Shown: positions 7,899 through 17,863 of the stretch, piece after piece
Layout of the letters: each line of letters opens with the position of its first letter
How positions within the stretch are numbered: the first letter of the stretch is position 1
IMG/VR virus record: IMGVR_UViG_3300029922_000006
Source: a virus
Lineage: Duplodnaviria > Heunggongvirae > Uroviricota > Caudoviricetes
DNA: 48,817 nt
Direction: 5' to 3' (one strand)
The notes under the pieces: generated by a model
Databases searched by the model: none
What the model was told of the DNA's origin: nothing
What the model saw: only the letters and a program-made list of their open reading frames with translations
Position numbers and translations under genes: made by a program

Positions 7899-8528
7899 AT
7901 GGAACTGCCAACCTTAAATCCAGCTGCAGCACTCCAGAATATCTGGGTTCGCTACATCTTAATTCTATTCGTGGGAATCACGGTTGGCGCCATCTTCTAT
8001 CCGACTAAAAAGATTGAAGAGAAGACGTCTGCTAAGTACGAACAACAGATCTCTCAGATGAAGACGGAGTTCTCTCAATATAAGAGTCTGTCGGAAGAGA
8101 AGATCACTAGTTTGACTTCACAAGTAACTGATCTTAGCAGTCACTCTAAAGTTGTCTACGAAAAGATTACTCGTCCTGACGGCACTATTGAGGTTCACCA
8201 AACTACAGTGAAAAACACCACTGAGAACACCGACAGTTCTTCTTCGACCACTGATGAGAAGACTGTTCAGATGCAGAAGGACTTTGCTTCTAAAGAGCAA
8301 CAGTATCAGCAGACCATTCAAACTCTTGAGAAGAGTAAGACGGTTACTGTCAACGAGAAGCATTTTGGAGTTGAAATCGGTATCATGAACGACAAAGATT
8401 ATTATGTTCACGGTACTGCTGATCTTTGGGGTCCAGTCTTCTTGGGTATCCAAGGCGAAGTCAAAGGTCCATCTAGCGATCAAAACGCTGATAACCGTGT
8501 TGGTGTTGGTATCGGTCTGAGGTTCTAA
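7899..8528 (+). CDS. membrane-anchored coiled-coil protein (spanin-like candidate)
   Basis: N-terminal TM helix YILILFVGITVGAIFY, coiled coil, C-terminal amphipathic beta strands ending GIGLRF. Confidence 0.5.
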   Translation: MELPTLNPAAALQNIWVRYILILFVGITVGAIFYPTKKIEEKTSAKYEQQISQMKTEFSQYKSLSEEKITSLTSQVTDLSSHSKVVYEKITRPDGTIEVHQTTVKNTTENTDSSSSTTDEKTVQMQKDFASKEQQYQQTIQTLEKSKTVTVNEKHFGVEIGIMNDKDYYVHGTADLWGPVFLGIQGEVKGPSSDQNADNRVGVGIGLRF

Positions 8529-8878
8529 TGCCTAAGTATCAGTTCGTCTGCCCTAAGTGCGAGTACACGGGACATCGGTATGTTCCATCAACGGTTGAGG
8601 TATTGCCTTGTCCGGAATGTAAGGAAGAGATGTCTCGCAACATGCCCAATATCCAAGCTGAAACAGAAGTCCGTGAAGTAGTTGATTCCTACACTAATCG
8701 TAAGTGGGGAAAAGACCATGAACTCGTAATGAAAAAACGTAAGGATGATCACTTCTGGGAAGTAGAAGTACCTCGTCTTGTTCAGACATATTCAACTCAG
8801 ACTTGCCTTGAAGAAGGCTGGCTTGTTTACAATGACAAAGGTGAGCTAGTTGTGCCTAAGGCTCCGTCCAAGCGCTAG
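8528..8878 (+). CDS. FmdB-like zinc-ribbon protein
   Basis: MPKYQFVCPKC...CPEC...M.R. Confidence 0.75.
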   Translation: MPKYQFVCPKCEYTGHRYVPSTVEVLPCPECKEEMSRNMPNIQAETEVREVVDSYTNRKWGKDHELVMKKRKDDHFWEVEVPRLVQTYSTQTCLEEGWLVYNDKGELVVPKAPSKR

Positions 8879-8890
8879 TATAATCATGCG

Positions 8891-10630
8891 ATGCGTGTTT
8901 TATCATTAGAGATCCAAGACATTCTTAGTATTCAGCAGGCTTCTCTAAAGTTTGAAGACACGGGTCTTGTGCTCGTTGAAGGTTGGAATTATGACACTCA
9001 GAGAGCCAACGGGGCCGGGAAGACAGCTATATTCAATGGGCTGTCATTTGCTCTGTATGATAAACTTCCTAGAAAAATTACTGCAAGTGAAATTCTTAGA
9101 AGAGGATGCAAGACTGGCTTCGCGGAGGCTAGCGTCTTATGTGGTGAGGATATCTGGACCGTTCGACGAAGCCGTCCTAAGGGAGCTATCTTCTCAAAAA
9201 ATGGGATTCCACAAGACATCACCCAAGCAGAATTTGAGTCCTTTATTCGACTCAGCTATGGACAGTTCCTTCTTACAATCTATACGCCTCAATCAAATAG
9301 TGGAGAACTTATCCGATTCCTTAGTTCCCCTGATGCGGCTAAGAAAGAGTTCCTCCTTCAGCTTCTCAATCTTGACCAGTTTGGGTCCGGCAAAAAGCTC
9401 ATCGATGACCTTATTAAAAAGTTTTCAGCAGCAGTCGAAGTAGACGACCGCTCGCTTGCATCTACTCGTTCCCGCATTCAGGCATACGAGGAATCTTTAG
9501 TTGACACTGCTTCGCTACAAACGAAGATCAATCAATACATCCTCATGATTGCAGATCTTGAAAAGGAAATCTTAGAACAGGCCCAGGTTACAAAACCTGA
9601 CCTATCTAAATACATTTCTGTCGAAGATAAGATCCGCACGCAACAGTCCGAGATTGCACAGGCCAAAGCCAAGCGTGGAATGCTACATGATCGTTATCGT
9701 GAGCTTCGCTCTGCGATTGGCGATTATAATTCTGATGCTGCCTGCGGCGAATGTGGCGCATCATTAGACACAGCAGAGGCACGTCTAGCACATGCCGATC
9801 ATCAAAAGAAGGTACAGGATAAGGCTGCATCTGTAAAGACGCAGATCGATGAGACTGATGCCATTGTGCTCAAGGAGCAGGGTGTAACTGACTTAGCTCG
9901 TAGGCTGCGCGAGAAGAAGCAACAAGATAGTGCTGACTATCAAGCTGCTCAACTTCGCCTCTCAGAACTTAAAGCGTCTGTAAGAACACAAAATTTACAG
10001 GTCGAAAACCTGAGTTTAAAACTAAATAGTAACGCTGATTTACAGAACAAGATCGAGACCTTGGAAGCAAGTGTATCAAAGTTAGTCACTAATATTAGTG
10101 CAAATAAGCGACAATTAGAGGTTTACAAGACGCTGTCGAACATCTATTCTCCCACAGGTGCTCAGGCCTATGTCTTGGATTCTATTGTCGATTCATTCAA
10201 CGAGATCATTCAGAAGTACGTGGATATTCTGTCTCCCACAATGACATACGTACTTAACTCCTTCAAAGAGAACGGTAAGGGCGAGATTAGTGCTAAGTTC
10301 TCAGAGACCCTGATGAAGAATGGCAAAGACGTATCGGTCGGATCACTATCTGGTGGTGAACAGAAGGGCCTATCTCTATGTGTCGACTTCGCGCTCCTAG
10401 AGGTCCTTGAGACGCAGTTTGGAATGACCCTTAACCCTATTATCCTCGACGAGCCATTTGATGGTCTGGATGAAGCAGGGCGCGAGATAGTGATTGATCT
10501 GTTAGAGACCCTGGCACGCACTCGCCAGATCTTTGTTATTGATCACGCTGCAGAGGCAAAGGCCAAATTTACTAAGTCATTTAAGGTTGAACTAAGGAAT
10601 GAAATCTCCGTCATCAACCTAGAATTCTAG
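8891..10630 (+). CDS. SbcC/gp46-like SMC ATPase (recombination nuclease subunit)
   Basis: Walker A NGAGKT, coiled coil with CGEC zinc hook, LSGGE signature, ILDEPFDGLD, H-loop IDH. Confidence 0.92.
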   Translation: MRVLSLEIQDILSIQQASLKFEDTGLVLVEGWNYDTQRANGAGKTAIFNGLSFALYDKLPRKITASEILRRGCKTGFAEASVLCGEDIWTVRRSRPKGAIFSKNGIPQDITQAEFESFIRLSYGQFLLTIYTPQSNSGELIRFLSSPDAAKKEFLLQLLNLDQFGSGKKLIDDLIKKFSAAVEVDDRSLASTRSRIQAYEESLVDTASLQTKINQYILMIADLEKEILEQAQVTKPDLSKYISVEDKIRTQQSEIAQAKAKRGMLHDRYRELRSAIGDYNSDAACGECGASLDTAEARLAHADHQKKVQDKAASVKTQIDETDAIVLKEQGVTDLARRLREKKQQDSADYQAAQLRLSELKASVRTQNLQVENLSLKLNSNADLQNKIETLEASVSKLVTNISANKRQLEVYKTLSNIYSPTGAQAYVLDSIVDSFNEIIQKYVDILSPTMTYVLNSFKENGKGEISAKFSETLMKNGKDVSVGSLSGGEQKGLSLCVDFALLEVLETQFGMTLNPIILDEPFDGLDEAGREIVIDLLETLARTRQIFVIDHAAEAKAKFTKSFKVELRNEISVINLEF

Positions 10631-10643
10631 TATAATCTAAGTC

Positions 10644-10964
10644 ATGGATGAACTGTACAAGAAACTAGAAGAGCTTCAGAAGGCTATTAAAGCGGTCAAG
10701 AAATTGAATCCGCCTGTTGCACCTAAGCTTCCCGAACTGCCTTCTATCAAAGCTCCGCCCCAACCATCCATGACTCCTGCTTCTACTACTGCACCTAAGA
10801 TCGGTGCCGGTCAAGGTCCAGATTCTAAGAAAGATCCAAAGAAGATTGCAGAGCAAATCAAGAACGGATCTATGTCAACTAAAGGCGCAAAGACCTTGGT
10901 TGCTAAAGCTGACTCACAAACTGGTCAGTGGTATTTAGAGCCGACAGAGCCCTCAGACATTTAA
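10644..10964 (+). CDS. hypothetical Pro/Lys-rich protein, possible head cargo
   Basis: 106 aa; LQKA and VAKA motifs flank a low-complexity core. Confidence 0.6.
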   Translation: MDELYKKLEELQKAIKAVKKLNPPVAPKLPELPSIKAPPQPSMTPASTTAPKIGAGQGPDSKKDPKKIAEQIKNGSMSTKGAKTLVAKADSQTGQWYLEPTEPSDI

Positions 10965-10980
10965 GTATAATATTCTTAGC

Positions 10981-11454
10981 ATGGCGAAGAGATGTAATAC
11001 TTGTAACATAGAGCAAGACCAATCACAATTCTATAAAGATTCAAGTTTGCCTAGTGGATTAAAACACAAGTGCAAAACTTGCACTCGTTCATATAATTTA
11101 GAGATCTATAAGTCTACTGGATCCAAGCGTAAAGCTCAAACAACTGCTTGGAAGTTACGTAACCCCGATTACGTAAAAAATAATAGTCTAGAAACTAAGT
11201 ATGGCGTAACTCTTGAGACCTATAAGACCATGTTTGAAAAGCAAGACGGTAAATGTGCCATCTGCAGCAAGCCTCAGAATGAGAATTTAAAGGGTCGTAT
11301 GTTAGCATTAGATCATAATCATGCTAATGGACAAGTCCGTGGTCTTCTTTGTTATAAGTGTAATATGGCTATTGGTCTACTAAAAGACAGTAAATCCAAT
11401 GCTTTAAAACTGGTTGAATACCTGGAGCTTTATGAAAAAACGCCCGCCGTATAA
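10981..11454 (+). CDS. endonuclease VII-family HNH endonuclease
   Basis: CNTC/CKTC; KYGVT; CAIC; LDHNHANGQVRGLLC. Confidence 0.88.
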   Translation: MAKRCNTCNIEQDQSQFYKDSSLPSGLKHKCKTCTRSYNLEIYKSTGSKRKAQTTAWKLRNPDYVKNNSLETKYGVTLETYKTMFEKQDGKCAICSKPQNENLKGRMLALDHNHANGQVRGLLCYKCNMAIGLLKDSKSNALKLVEYLELYEKTPAV

Positions 11455-11977
11455 CCAGGAAGCCGCTATACGAGGTGCTCTAAGAAGAGCATTCAGTCGT
11501 TCGCCTATAGTTCAAGAGGTTATGGCTGCTTCAAGAAGACAAGTGCCAAGGTTTAACAAAGATGGTAGTCGCCATAAAAAAGACTGGGTACAACGTCAAT
11601 GTCAAGTCTGTGATGAGTGGGTCTCTACATCCAAGATGGCAGTAGACCACAAGATTCCTGTTATCTCTGTAGATCATGGCAAGCAGTCGTGGGACGAATT
11701 TATAGCTCGCCTATGGTGTGACAAGAGCAATCTACAGCGCATTTGTGATCCTTGCCACGACAAGAAGACCCAAGAAGAACGTATTACTAGATTGCTTATA
11801 AAGTATACTGCAGAGCTGGACAACATCGAGGCTCGCTGGCCAATCCTCATCATAGAACCTAAGGCCCTATTAAAGCAGCTCTCTAAATTCACGGCCAAGA
11901 AGAAGACTATCGGTTTAGAATCCGTTGTAGAAAGAGCCATGAAATTGAAAGATGTTTTGAAACCCAAAAGGAGCTAA
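11432..11977 (+). CDS. HNH nuclease (IRGALRRAFSR type)
   Basis: CQVC, VDHKIPV, NLQRIC..CH..KT; start at ATG 11432 after GGAG. Confidence 0.75.
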   Translation: MKKRPPYNQEAAIRGALRRAFSRSPIVQEVMAASRRQVPRFNKDGSRHKKDWVQRQCQVCDEWVSTSKMAVDHKIPVISVDHGKQSWDEFIARLWCDKSNLQRICDPCHDKKTQEERITRLLIKYTAELDNIEARWPILIIEPKALLKQLSKFTAKKKTIGLESVVERAMKLKDVLKPKRS

Positions 11978-11978
11978 C

Positions 11979-12266
11979 ATGTCAGAAACTAAAGGCCTCA
12001 CTAAATCGTTCATGGATAACCACGAAGACATCAACGAAGACGCAGCTGGTCAGTTGATCGTAGAATCGACCCAGAAGATCCGCGAGATCGAACAAGAGCG
12101 TGAGGCTGATGAAAAGCTCACTGCTGCTAAGCAGATCGTTAAGGATATCAATAGCGCCTATACTTCAGCTATTAAGTATGAGAAATCTAAGATCAACTTC
12201 CTCTTGGAAAAGATCAGTGAAATCCAGGACGGCGAAGTGAATCCTAGCTCAGGTGCTAACTCCTGA
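11979..12266 (+). CDS. hypothetical coiled-coil protein
   Basis: AGGAG SD, 95 aa. Confidence 0.7.
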   Translation: MSETKGLTKSFMDNHEDINEDAAGQLIVESTQKIREIEQEREADEKLTAAKQIVKDINSAYTSAIKYEKSKINFLLEKISEIQDGEVNPSSGANS

Positions 12267-12297
12267 TAGAATGAACTCATAGTTTCATGGAGGCTCT

Positions 12298-13143
12298 ATG
12301 AGTTTAAAAACCGATTATTTTAATGGTGAAACGGGTCTGACGCAGACCCTTAATGACGCCTTTCAAGCAGGCGTCGCTTTTGTTGGATCCGGTAACACGG
12401 AGATCTCGGTACTTAGCCTTGGCGACCGTTCTGGTGCCAACATGGGCGCAGGTTCTGGTTTAGCTGGAATCTACTTTGATCTAGATGCACCTGGTATTGG
12501 ATACCGCATGTGGATCTCGGTTGCTGGCGAGATTGCACCAACTGGTGCAGGCCGTACCCTTATCCAAGTTCCTGTTGCTCCTGGTGATAGTTCAATGCAG
12601 GCTGCTTCTGATATCGCAGCTGCTGTAACTGCCATCTCTACAGCCCCTTTCGTTATTACTCAGATCGGTAACGCTCTGCAGTTTGAGACGTCTGCTCCTT
12701 TGGTTGTAGGAACGCACATCACTTTGAGTTCTGGCTGGGGCACTGCAAATGCTTCTGTCGCTCAAGCTGGTACTGCTGCAACTGGTAACTACTCAGCTAT
12801 CCGCGCAGCTTTGCTGTCCGCAGCTGGTGTTGGACAAACCCAATTCACCCTTACTTTGCCAACTACCTATCAGCCGTCTGCACTTCGTGGAAACTCGATG
12901 TCAAGCTGCAATAGCAATATGTCACAGCCGCAAGGCAGTTCAACTCCCTCAGGATATCAAAGCTACCAACGTGGTGCTACTCCTTTACAGAGTACAAACT
13001 TATTGCTCCAAGCTTATCTCTCGGGAATTCAAGCTGGCATGGCCGATCAGGAAATTTATGACTATGAAGTTTCGGCACAACTGAACGTATCGGACACGAT
13101 TACTACGAGCATCAATCTCGTATTCAACTTCCAGACAACATAA
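12298..13143 (+). CDS. hypothetical protein, possibly virion structural (Gly/Ala/Thr-rich)
   Basis: GGAGG SD; composition typical of virion proteins; followed by a terminator. Confidence 0.55.
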   Translation: MSLKTDYFNGETGLTQTLNDAFQAGVAFVGSGNTEISVLSLGDRSGANMGAGSGLAGIYFDLDAPGIGYRMWISVAGEIAPTGAGRTLIQVPVAPGDSSMQAASDIAAAVTAISTAPFVITQIGNALQFETSAPLVVGTHITLSSGWGTANASVAQAGTAATGNYSAIRAALLSAAGVGQTQFTLTLPTTYQPSALRGNSMSSCNSNMSQPQGSSTPSGYQSYQRGATPLQSTNLLLQAYLSGIQAGMADQEIYDYEVSAQLNVSDTITTSINLVFNFQTT

Positions 13144-13167
13144 GACTCACATTACAATAAAGCATTA

Positions 13168-13200
13168 GAAGGCATCGCGAAAGCGGTGCCTTTTTCTTTT
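13168..13200 (+). terminator. Rho-independent terminator
   Basis: AAGGCATCGC-GAAA-GCGGTGCCTT hairpin followed by a T tract. Confidence 0.85.
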
Positions 13201-13213
13201 GTATAATTGCGTC

Positions 13214-16200
13214 ATGAAAATTTTGCGCAATACCGTTAATTATTTGTGGCTTGACGGCGAGACTACGGGTCTCGACTCTTTACGCAACGACATCGTCCAG
13301 CTTGCTTGTGTAGCGGTTGTAGGCGGCGAAGAGCAAGCGGTCACTTTCAACCAATACTGCCAACCTCTCGACTATAACGAGATTGATATGGGGGCACTTG
13401 CTGTCAACGGCCTTACCGTTGATTTCTTAAAGAAACAGCAGACTGCCCAGGTGATGGTAAACAACCTCGTCTTGTTCGCCAAGCAGTTCAACTGCCGATT
13501 CATCATCGCTGGCTACAACGTAGGTTTTGATAAAGACTTTATAGCTGCACTCTTCAAGAAGGTTGGTCGCGAGTCTGATTTCTTAGAGTTGTTCACCGGC
13601 GATATCCGCGATACGATGAAACGGGCAAAGAAACTTAAGGCACAATTGCCTACTCCGAACATCAAATTAGCTACCCTTGCAGCGCATTTTGGCATTGCAA
13701 TCAACGCCCATGACGCTCTCAGTGATATTCAAGCAACGATTAAGGTAGATAAAATACTCTCTGATATGCTCGGCGAGACCGAAGTCTTCGTGATGGAAGA
13801 ACATCAATTACTCGATGTATCGTTTCCTGAGCCTGCACAATTACATATTCACTCGATGTTCTCTCACACAGACTCGCTAAATTCCGTAAAGGATTGGGCT
13901 ATCTGGGCAAGCGACAACAACGTTCCCGGTCTGGCATTCGTAGATCACGGTAATGCTGCATCGTTGTTCGACACAATGGATATTTCAGGCATCTTTAAGA
14001 AAGAAAACGAATCAAGAAAGAAGGAAGGTACAGCACTTCTAACTAACAAGCCTGTTGGTATACCTGGTTCCGGCCTATACGTAAAACATGGCGAACAGAT
14101 GTTCTATCTGTCAGCTTGGGCCGTATCGAACCAAGGATACAAACACCTTACCAAGCTTGCATCTATCGGCTGGAACAATCGTATCGATATCTCGTCGCAA
14201 GAGATGCCGGTCGTCTCTTTGGAAGAAGTTATTCGTCTTAAAGATGGTCTGGTTTTCGGCATTCCAGGTGTCAACGGACCAATCACTCCTTTCCTGGTAT
14301 CTAGGCAGCTCTCCCAGGCCGCAGAGTTGATTCAATACCTACATGCTAACCTCGATATCCGTCTTGAACTTGCTGCCCTAGACGTATATAAGAACTTCGA
14401 TTCATCGATCGGTTTCAGTGGTTATAACATCACTGGTGGTAACATCCAGAAGCAAATCAACATGTTCTACGAGATGTGCTCTCGTAAATTTGGCATCAAG
14501 ATGGTTCCCGTATCAGATGCTCACTTTATAGACCCTATTGACAAGATCGTGCAAGACTGCGTATCTCGTAATGCCTACGAGGATGGTCGTTACTTCTTTG
14601 AATCGCGTCACGTAACTCGCTCTCAAGAGATGTATTCAATCTTAAAGGGCCATCTCAGTGATAATTTAACGGAAGCCGCTTTCACGGAAATGATTAAAAA
14701 TACCCATGAGATCATGGAAGCAGCCGCTTCTATTAATATCAAGCATGAGTTTCATTTACCTAAGATCGAGATCCCTGCTGAAATCGTAGCAAAGACTGAC
14801 GATTACAACATGCAGACTTACTATGTAATGATGCAGAAGATCCAGAAACACGGACGTTGGAACAACACTCCGGAGTATGTAGAGCGTTTCAAACGTGAAG
14901 TTGACGTCATTATGAAGAACGCCACGCTAAACTTCATTCCGTACTTCTTAGTTTATGAAGATATCTGTGCCTACGCTACTTCTTCTGGCCTGATGCAAGG
15001 TATTGCCCGTGGTTCGGCTGGTGGATCGCTCCTTTCGTACTACTTAAATATCATTCACGTTGATCCAGTTCGTTACAACCTCCCATTCGAACGTTTCTTA
15101 AGTCATGCTCGTATTCGTGCAGGATCGTTCCCAGATATCGACTTAGATATCGCGAAACGCGCTCGTCCGCTGGTCATGAAGTATTTACAAGATAAATACG
15201 GTCTGGGCTTTGCACAGATGTCTACGTTCTCTAAGATGAAGACCAAAAAAGCCATCAAGGATGCGATGTACTCGCTCTACGGTCGTGGTGGTAAGGATCC
15301 TGAGATTGTAGCTGTTTGCGAAGCAATTGATGACTCTCCACAGGGTGTCGACGAGCACGACTTCCTATACGGTTACACTGATCAAGAAGATGTGGATCAC
15401 GAAGGTGAAGTTGACAAGAAGCCTATCTTAAAGAACTTCTTCCAACAGCGCCCGGAAGTCCAAGAGCTCGTAAACAAGCTCATCGGTGCCATCGCTGGTT
15501 GGGGACGTCATGCTTCGGCTTTCGTTATCTCCACTCTGGATCTGTCAGACGGTCGCGTTCCTACCATGATGTTCTCCGATAAAGAATTGGGCGAGATCAT
15601 GGTCACGCAGTTCAATGCCACTATGGTTGAGAAATGCGGAATGGTCAAAGCTGATATCTTGGGTATTAACACCCTCAACATGGTATCCGATGCGATGGAC
15701 CTCATCATGAAGAACCATGGGGTAGATTTCCGTGTCAAAGAACAAGGAATTCCATTGATCTATCGTCTTCCAGACTCAGATCCTGGTGTCTTCACTGACT
15801 TCTTTAATAAAGATACAGATTCTAGCTTCCAGTTCAATACTGAATTGGTCAAAGGGTTTGCACCAGAGTTTGCACCGCTTAATCGGGCTGACTGTTCTGC
15901 AATGACTGCTCTTCTTCGTCCAGGTGCCTTGGATGCACCACTCTACGATACTACAGCAGCTCAATACTACATGGATATTCGTAACGGAAAGCGTTCGGTT
16001 GAATACTTACATGAAGACCTAGAATCAATTCTAGGGCCCTCGAATGGTGTATTTGTTTACCAAGAAGAGATCATGAAATTTCTAGTGGATATCGTTGGAT
16101 ATAGCTGGGAAGAGTCAGATTTGATTCGTGGTGCGATTGCGAAGAAGAAGCATGAAGTGATCATGGCAACCTTTACTAAGATTCGTGAGAGCTGTACGGC

Positions 16201-17242
16201 TCGCGGCTGGTCACAAGAGGCTATTGAGACAATCTGTCAACAGATTCAAGCATTTGCTCGTTATTCGTTCAATAAATCACATAGCCATGCGTACGGTGAA
16301 TTGGGCTATATCACACTTTACATGAAGCACCATTACAAGCTCGAATGGTGGACGGCGGTTCTAAACAATGAAGAAAACAATGACAAGATCAAGAGATATA
16401 TCGCCTACCTTGGTGATATCGTCACAGCTCCAAGCCTCAAGACCCCTGAGCGTATCTTTACGATCCAGAACGGAAGGATTGTTGCACCTATTTCAGCTAT
16501 TAAATCTGTTGGGCCTGCAGTCGTCAATGAAATCGTATCAAAAGGTCCGTTTAGCTCAATTGAAGACTTCACGGCTCGAATCAACCACACGAAAGTCAAT
16601 ATTGGGTCGATCGCGGCACTTATAAAGGCTCGTGCAGCTGATGATCTAATGGATAGCACAATCGAAGACTATATCGAAAGACGCTATGAGCTCATGGATC
16701 GTTACTTGCGCAATCGTAAGTCTAAGACGACTTTTAAAGACGATATGTACAAGCTTGATCCAATTAAAGTCTTCCTCCAAGAGAAGGAATATAACAGCTC
16801 GTTTAACCGCTATCTGATGGGGGATCCAAAGATAGGTCAGATCCTTGAGGGACGTTGGCCTGCACTCACGTCGACCGGTCGCAAGGGTATTCCATACTTT
16901 ATGAAGTCAGCACAGGGTTCTGATCAAGACTGCTATGTATTGGGATCCGTAAAGGTAGCTGAAGGTTTCTTAAAGAAGAAGTATGAAAAAGAAGTTGCAA
17001 TGATTCTTCTCTTTGACTCTAGCTCTTACAAGCAGGGAGTATCTAAGAAATCTGGCAGACCTTGGCATCGTGTTAACGTCATGCTTTCTGATGGCTACAA
17101 TATGATCGAAGCTACTATCTGGGACCAGAAGAAAGCATTCGGCTGGGATAAAGATACGATTGTATACGTTCGTGGAACTCTTAAATCAGGATGGAAGACG
17201 CCTTTGGGCTTCGACATCGTAGAAATTGACAAAGTAGAATGA
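13214..17242 (+). CDS. dnaE: DNA polymerase III alpha (family C) with N-terminal DEDDh proofreading exonuclease
   Basis: Exo LDGETTG, YNVGFD, HDALSDI; PHP HIHS, DHGN, SDAHF; ARGSAGGSL, FPDIDLD, KADILG, YQEE, FNKSHSHAY; start ATG 13214. Confidence 0.95.
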   Translation: MKILRNTVNYLWLDGETTGLDSLRNDIVQLACVAVVGGEEQAVTFNQYCQPLDYNEIDMGALAVNGLTVDFLKKQQTAQVMVNNLVLFAKQFNCRFIIAGYNVGFDKDFIAALFKKVGRESDFLELFTGDIRDTMKRAKKLKAQLPTPNIKLATLAAHFGIAINAHDALSDIQATIKVDKILSDMLGETEVFVMEEHQLLDVSFPEPAQLHIHSMFSHTDSLNSVKDWAIWASDNNVPGLAFVDHGNAASLFDTMDISGIFKKENESRKKEGTALLTNKPVGIPGSGLYVKHGEQMFYLSAWAVSNQGYKHLTKLASIGWNNRIDISSQEMPVVSLEEVIRLKDGLVFGIPGVNGPITPFLVSRQLSQAAELIQYLHANLDIRLELAALDVYKNFDSSIGFSGYNITGGNIQKQINMFYEMCSRKFGIKMVPVSDAHFIDPIDKIVQDCVSRNAYEDGRYFFESRHVTRSQEMYSILKGHLSDNLTEAAFTEMIKNTHEIMEAAASINIKHEFHLPKIEIPAEIVAKTDDYNMQTYYVMMQKIQKHGRWNNTPEYVERFKREVDVIMKNATLNFIPYFLVYEDICAYATSSGLMQGIARGSAGGSLLSYYLNIIHVDPVRYNLPFERFLSHARIRAGSFPDIDLDIAKRARPLVMKYLQDKYGLGFAQMSTFSKMKTKKAIKDAMYSLYGRGGKDPEIVAVCEAIDDSPQGVDEHDFLYGYTDQEDVDHEGEVDKKPILKNFFQQRPEVQELVNKLIGAIAGWGRHASAFVISTLDLSDGRVPTMMFSDKELGEIMVTQFNATMVEKCGMVKADILGINTLNMVSDAMDLIMKNHGVDFRVKEQGIPLIYRLPDSDPGVFTDFFNKDTDSSFQFNTELVKGFAPEFAPLNRADCSAMTALLRPGALDAPLYDTTAAQYYMDIRNGKRSVEYLHEDLESILGPSNGVFVYQEEIMKFLVDIVGYSWEESDLIRGAIAKKKHEVIMATFTKIRESCTARGWSQEAIETICQQIQAFARYSFNKSHSHAYGELGYITLYMKHHYKLEWWTAVLNNEENNDKIKRYIAYLGDIVTAPSLKTPERIFTIQNGRIVAPISAIKSVGPAVVNEIVSKGPFSSIEDFTARINHTKVNIGSIAALIKARAADDLMDSTIEDYIERRYELMDRYLRNRKSKTTFKDDMYKLDPIKVFLQEKEYNSSFNRYLMGDPKIGQILEGRWPALTSTGRKGIPYFMKSAQGSDQDCYVLGSVKVAEGFLKKKYEKEVAMILLFDSSSYKQGVSKKSGRPWHRVNVMLSDGYNMIEATIWDQKKAFGWDKDTIVYVRGTLKSGWKTPLGFDIVEIDKVE

Positions 17243-17261
17243 TAACTTCAAGGAGAACTGA

Positions 17262-17774
17262 ATGGCAAAATTTGTAGTAGTTAAAGAAGTGCCGACTGAG
17301 TTAAAGAAAGGTGAGTATCTTATTGATACCCCTTCTTTCATTCCCCAAATTGAATTTCACAAAGCTAAGAAGCCGCGCTCAGGTCTTACAGAGCGTATGT
17401 ATCTTGATGCAATCATGAACTCTATTGGTGAGGCTTATGATGCAGGAAATACTAATCCACATAGTAACCGAGTTAAGTACCATCTCTATACTGGAATCAA
17501 AGCTTCACTTGACTCAGAAGTTAATGATATTATCCTTCGTGCAATTCGCTCGGATTGTTCACATCTTCTTGCTAAATATTTAGAAGAGAAAGTTCGTTCG
17601 CGTCCAACTGATGCCGACAGAGTTATCTATGTTGACTCGAATATTGATGGTCAATTTGACATCTTTACTCGCAATGGTCTAAGCCAAGAAACTGCTGAAG
17701 TTCCACAAGAAAACAAACATCACGGCAAACATAAAGAAAAGACAGAAGCTAAGAAAAATCAGGCGGATAGCTAA
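17262..17774 (+). CDS. hypothetical protein
   Basis: AGGAG SD, 170 aa. Confidence 0.7.
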   Translation: MAKFVVVKEVPTELKKGEYLIDTPSFIPQIEFHKAKKPRSGLTERMYLDAIMNSIGEAYDAGNTNPHSNRVKYHLYTGIKASLDSEVNDIILRAIRSDCSHLLAKYLEEKVRSRPTDADRVIYVDSNIDGQFDIFTRNGLSQETAEVPQENKHHGKHKEKTEAKKNQADS

Positions 17775-17863
17775 TAATTATTCGTTCTGTATAACATTCT
17801 GGTATAATATAAGTACGCCAATTATGGCCGATAACAAAACAGTAACCCCTTGAAGGAGTATCT

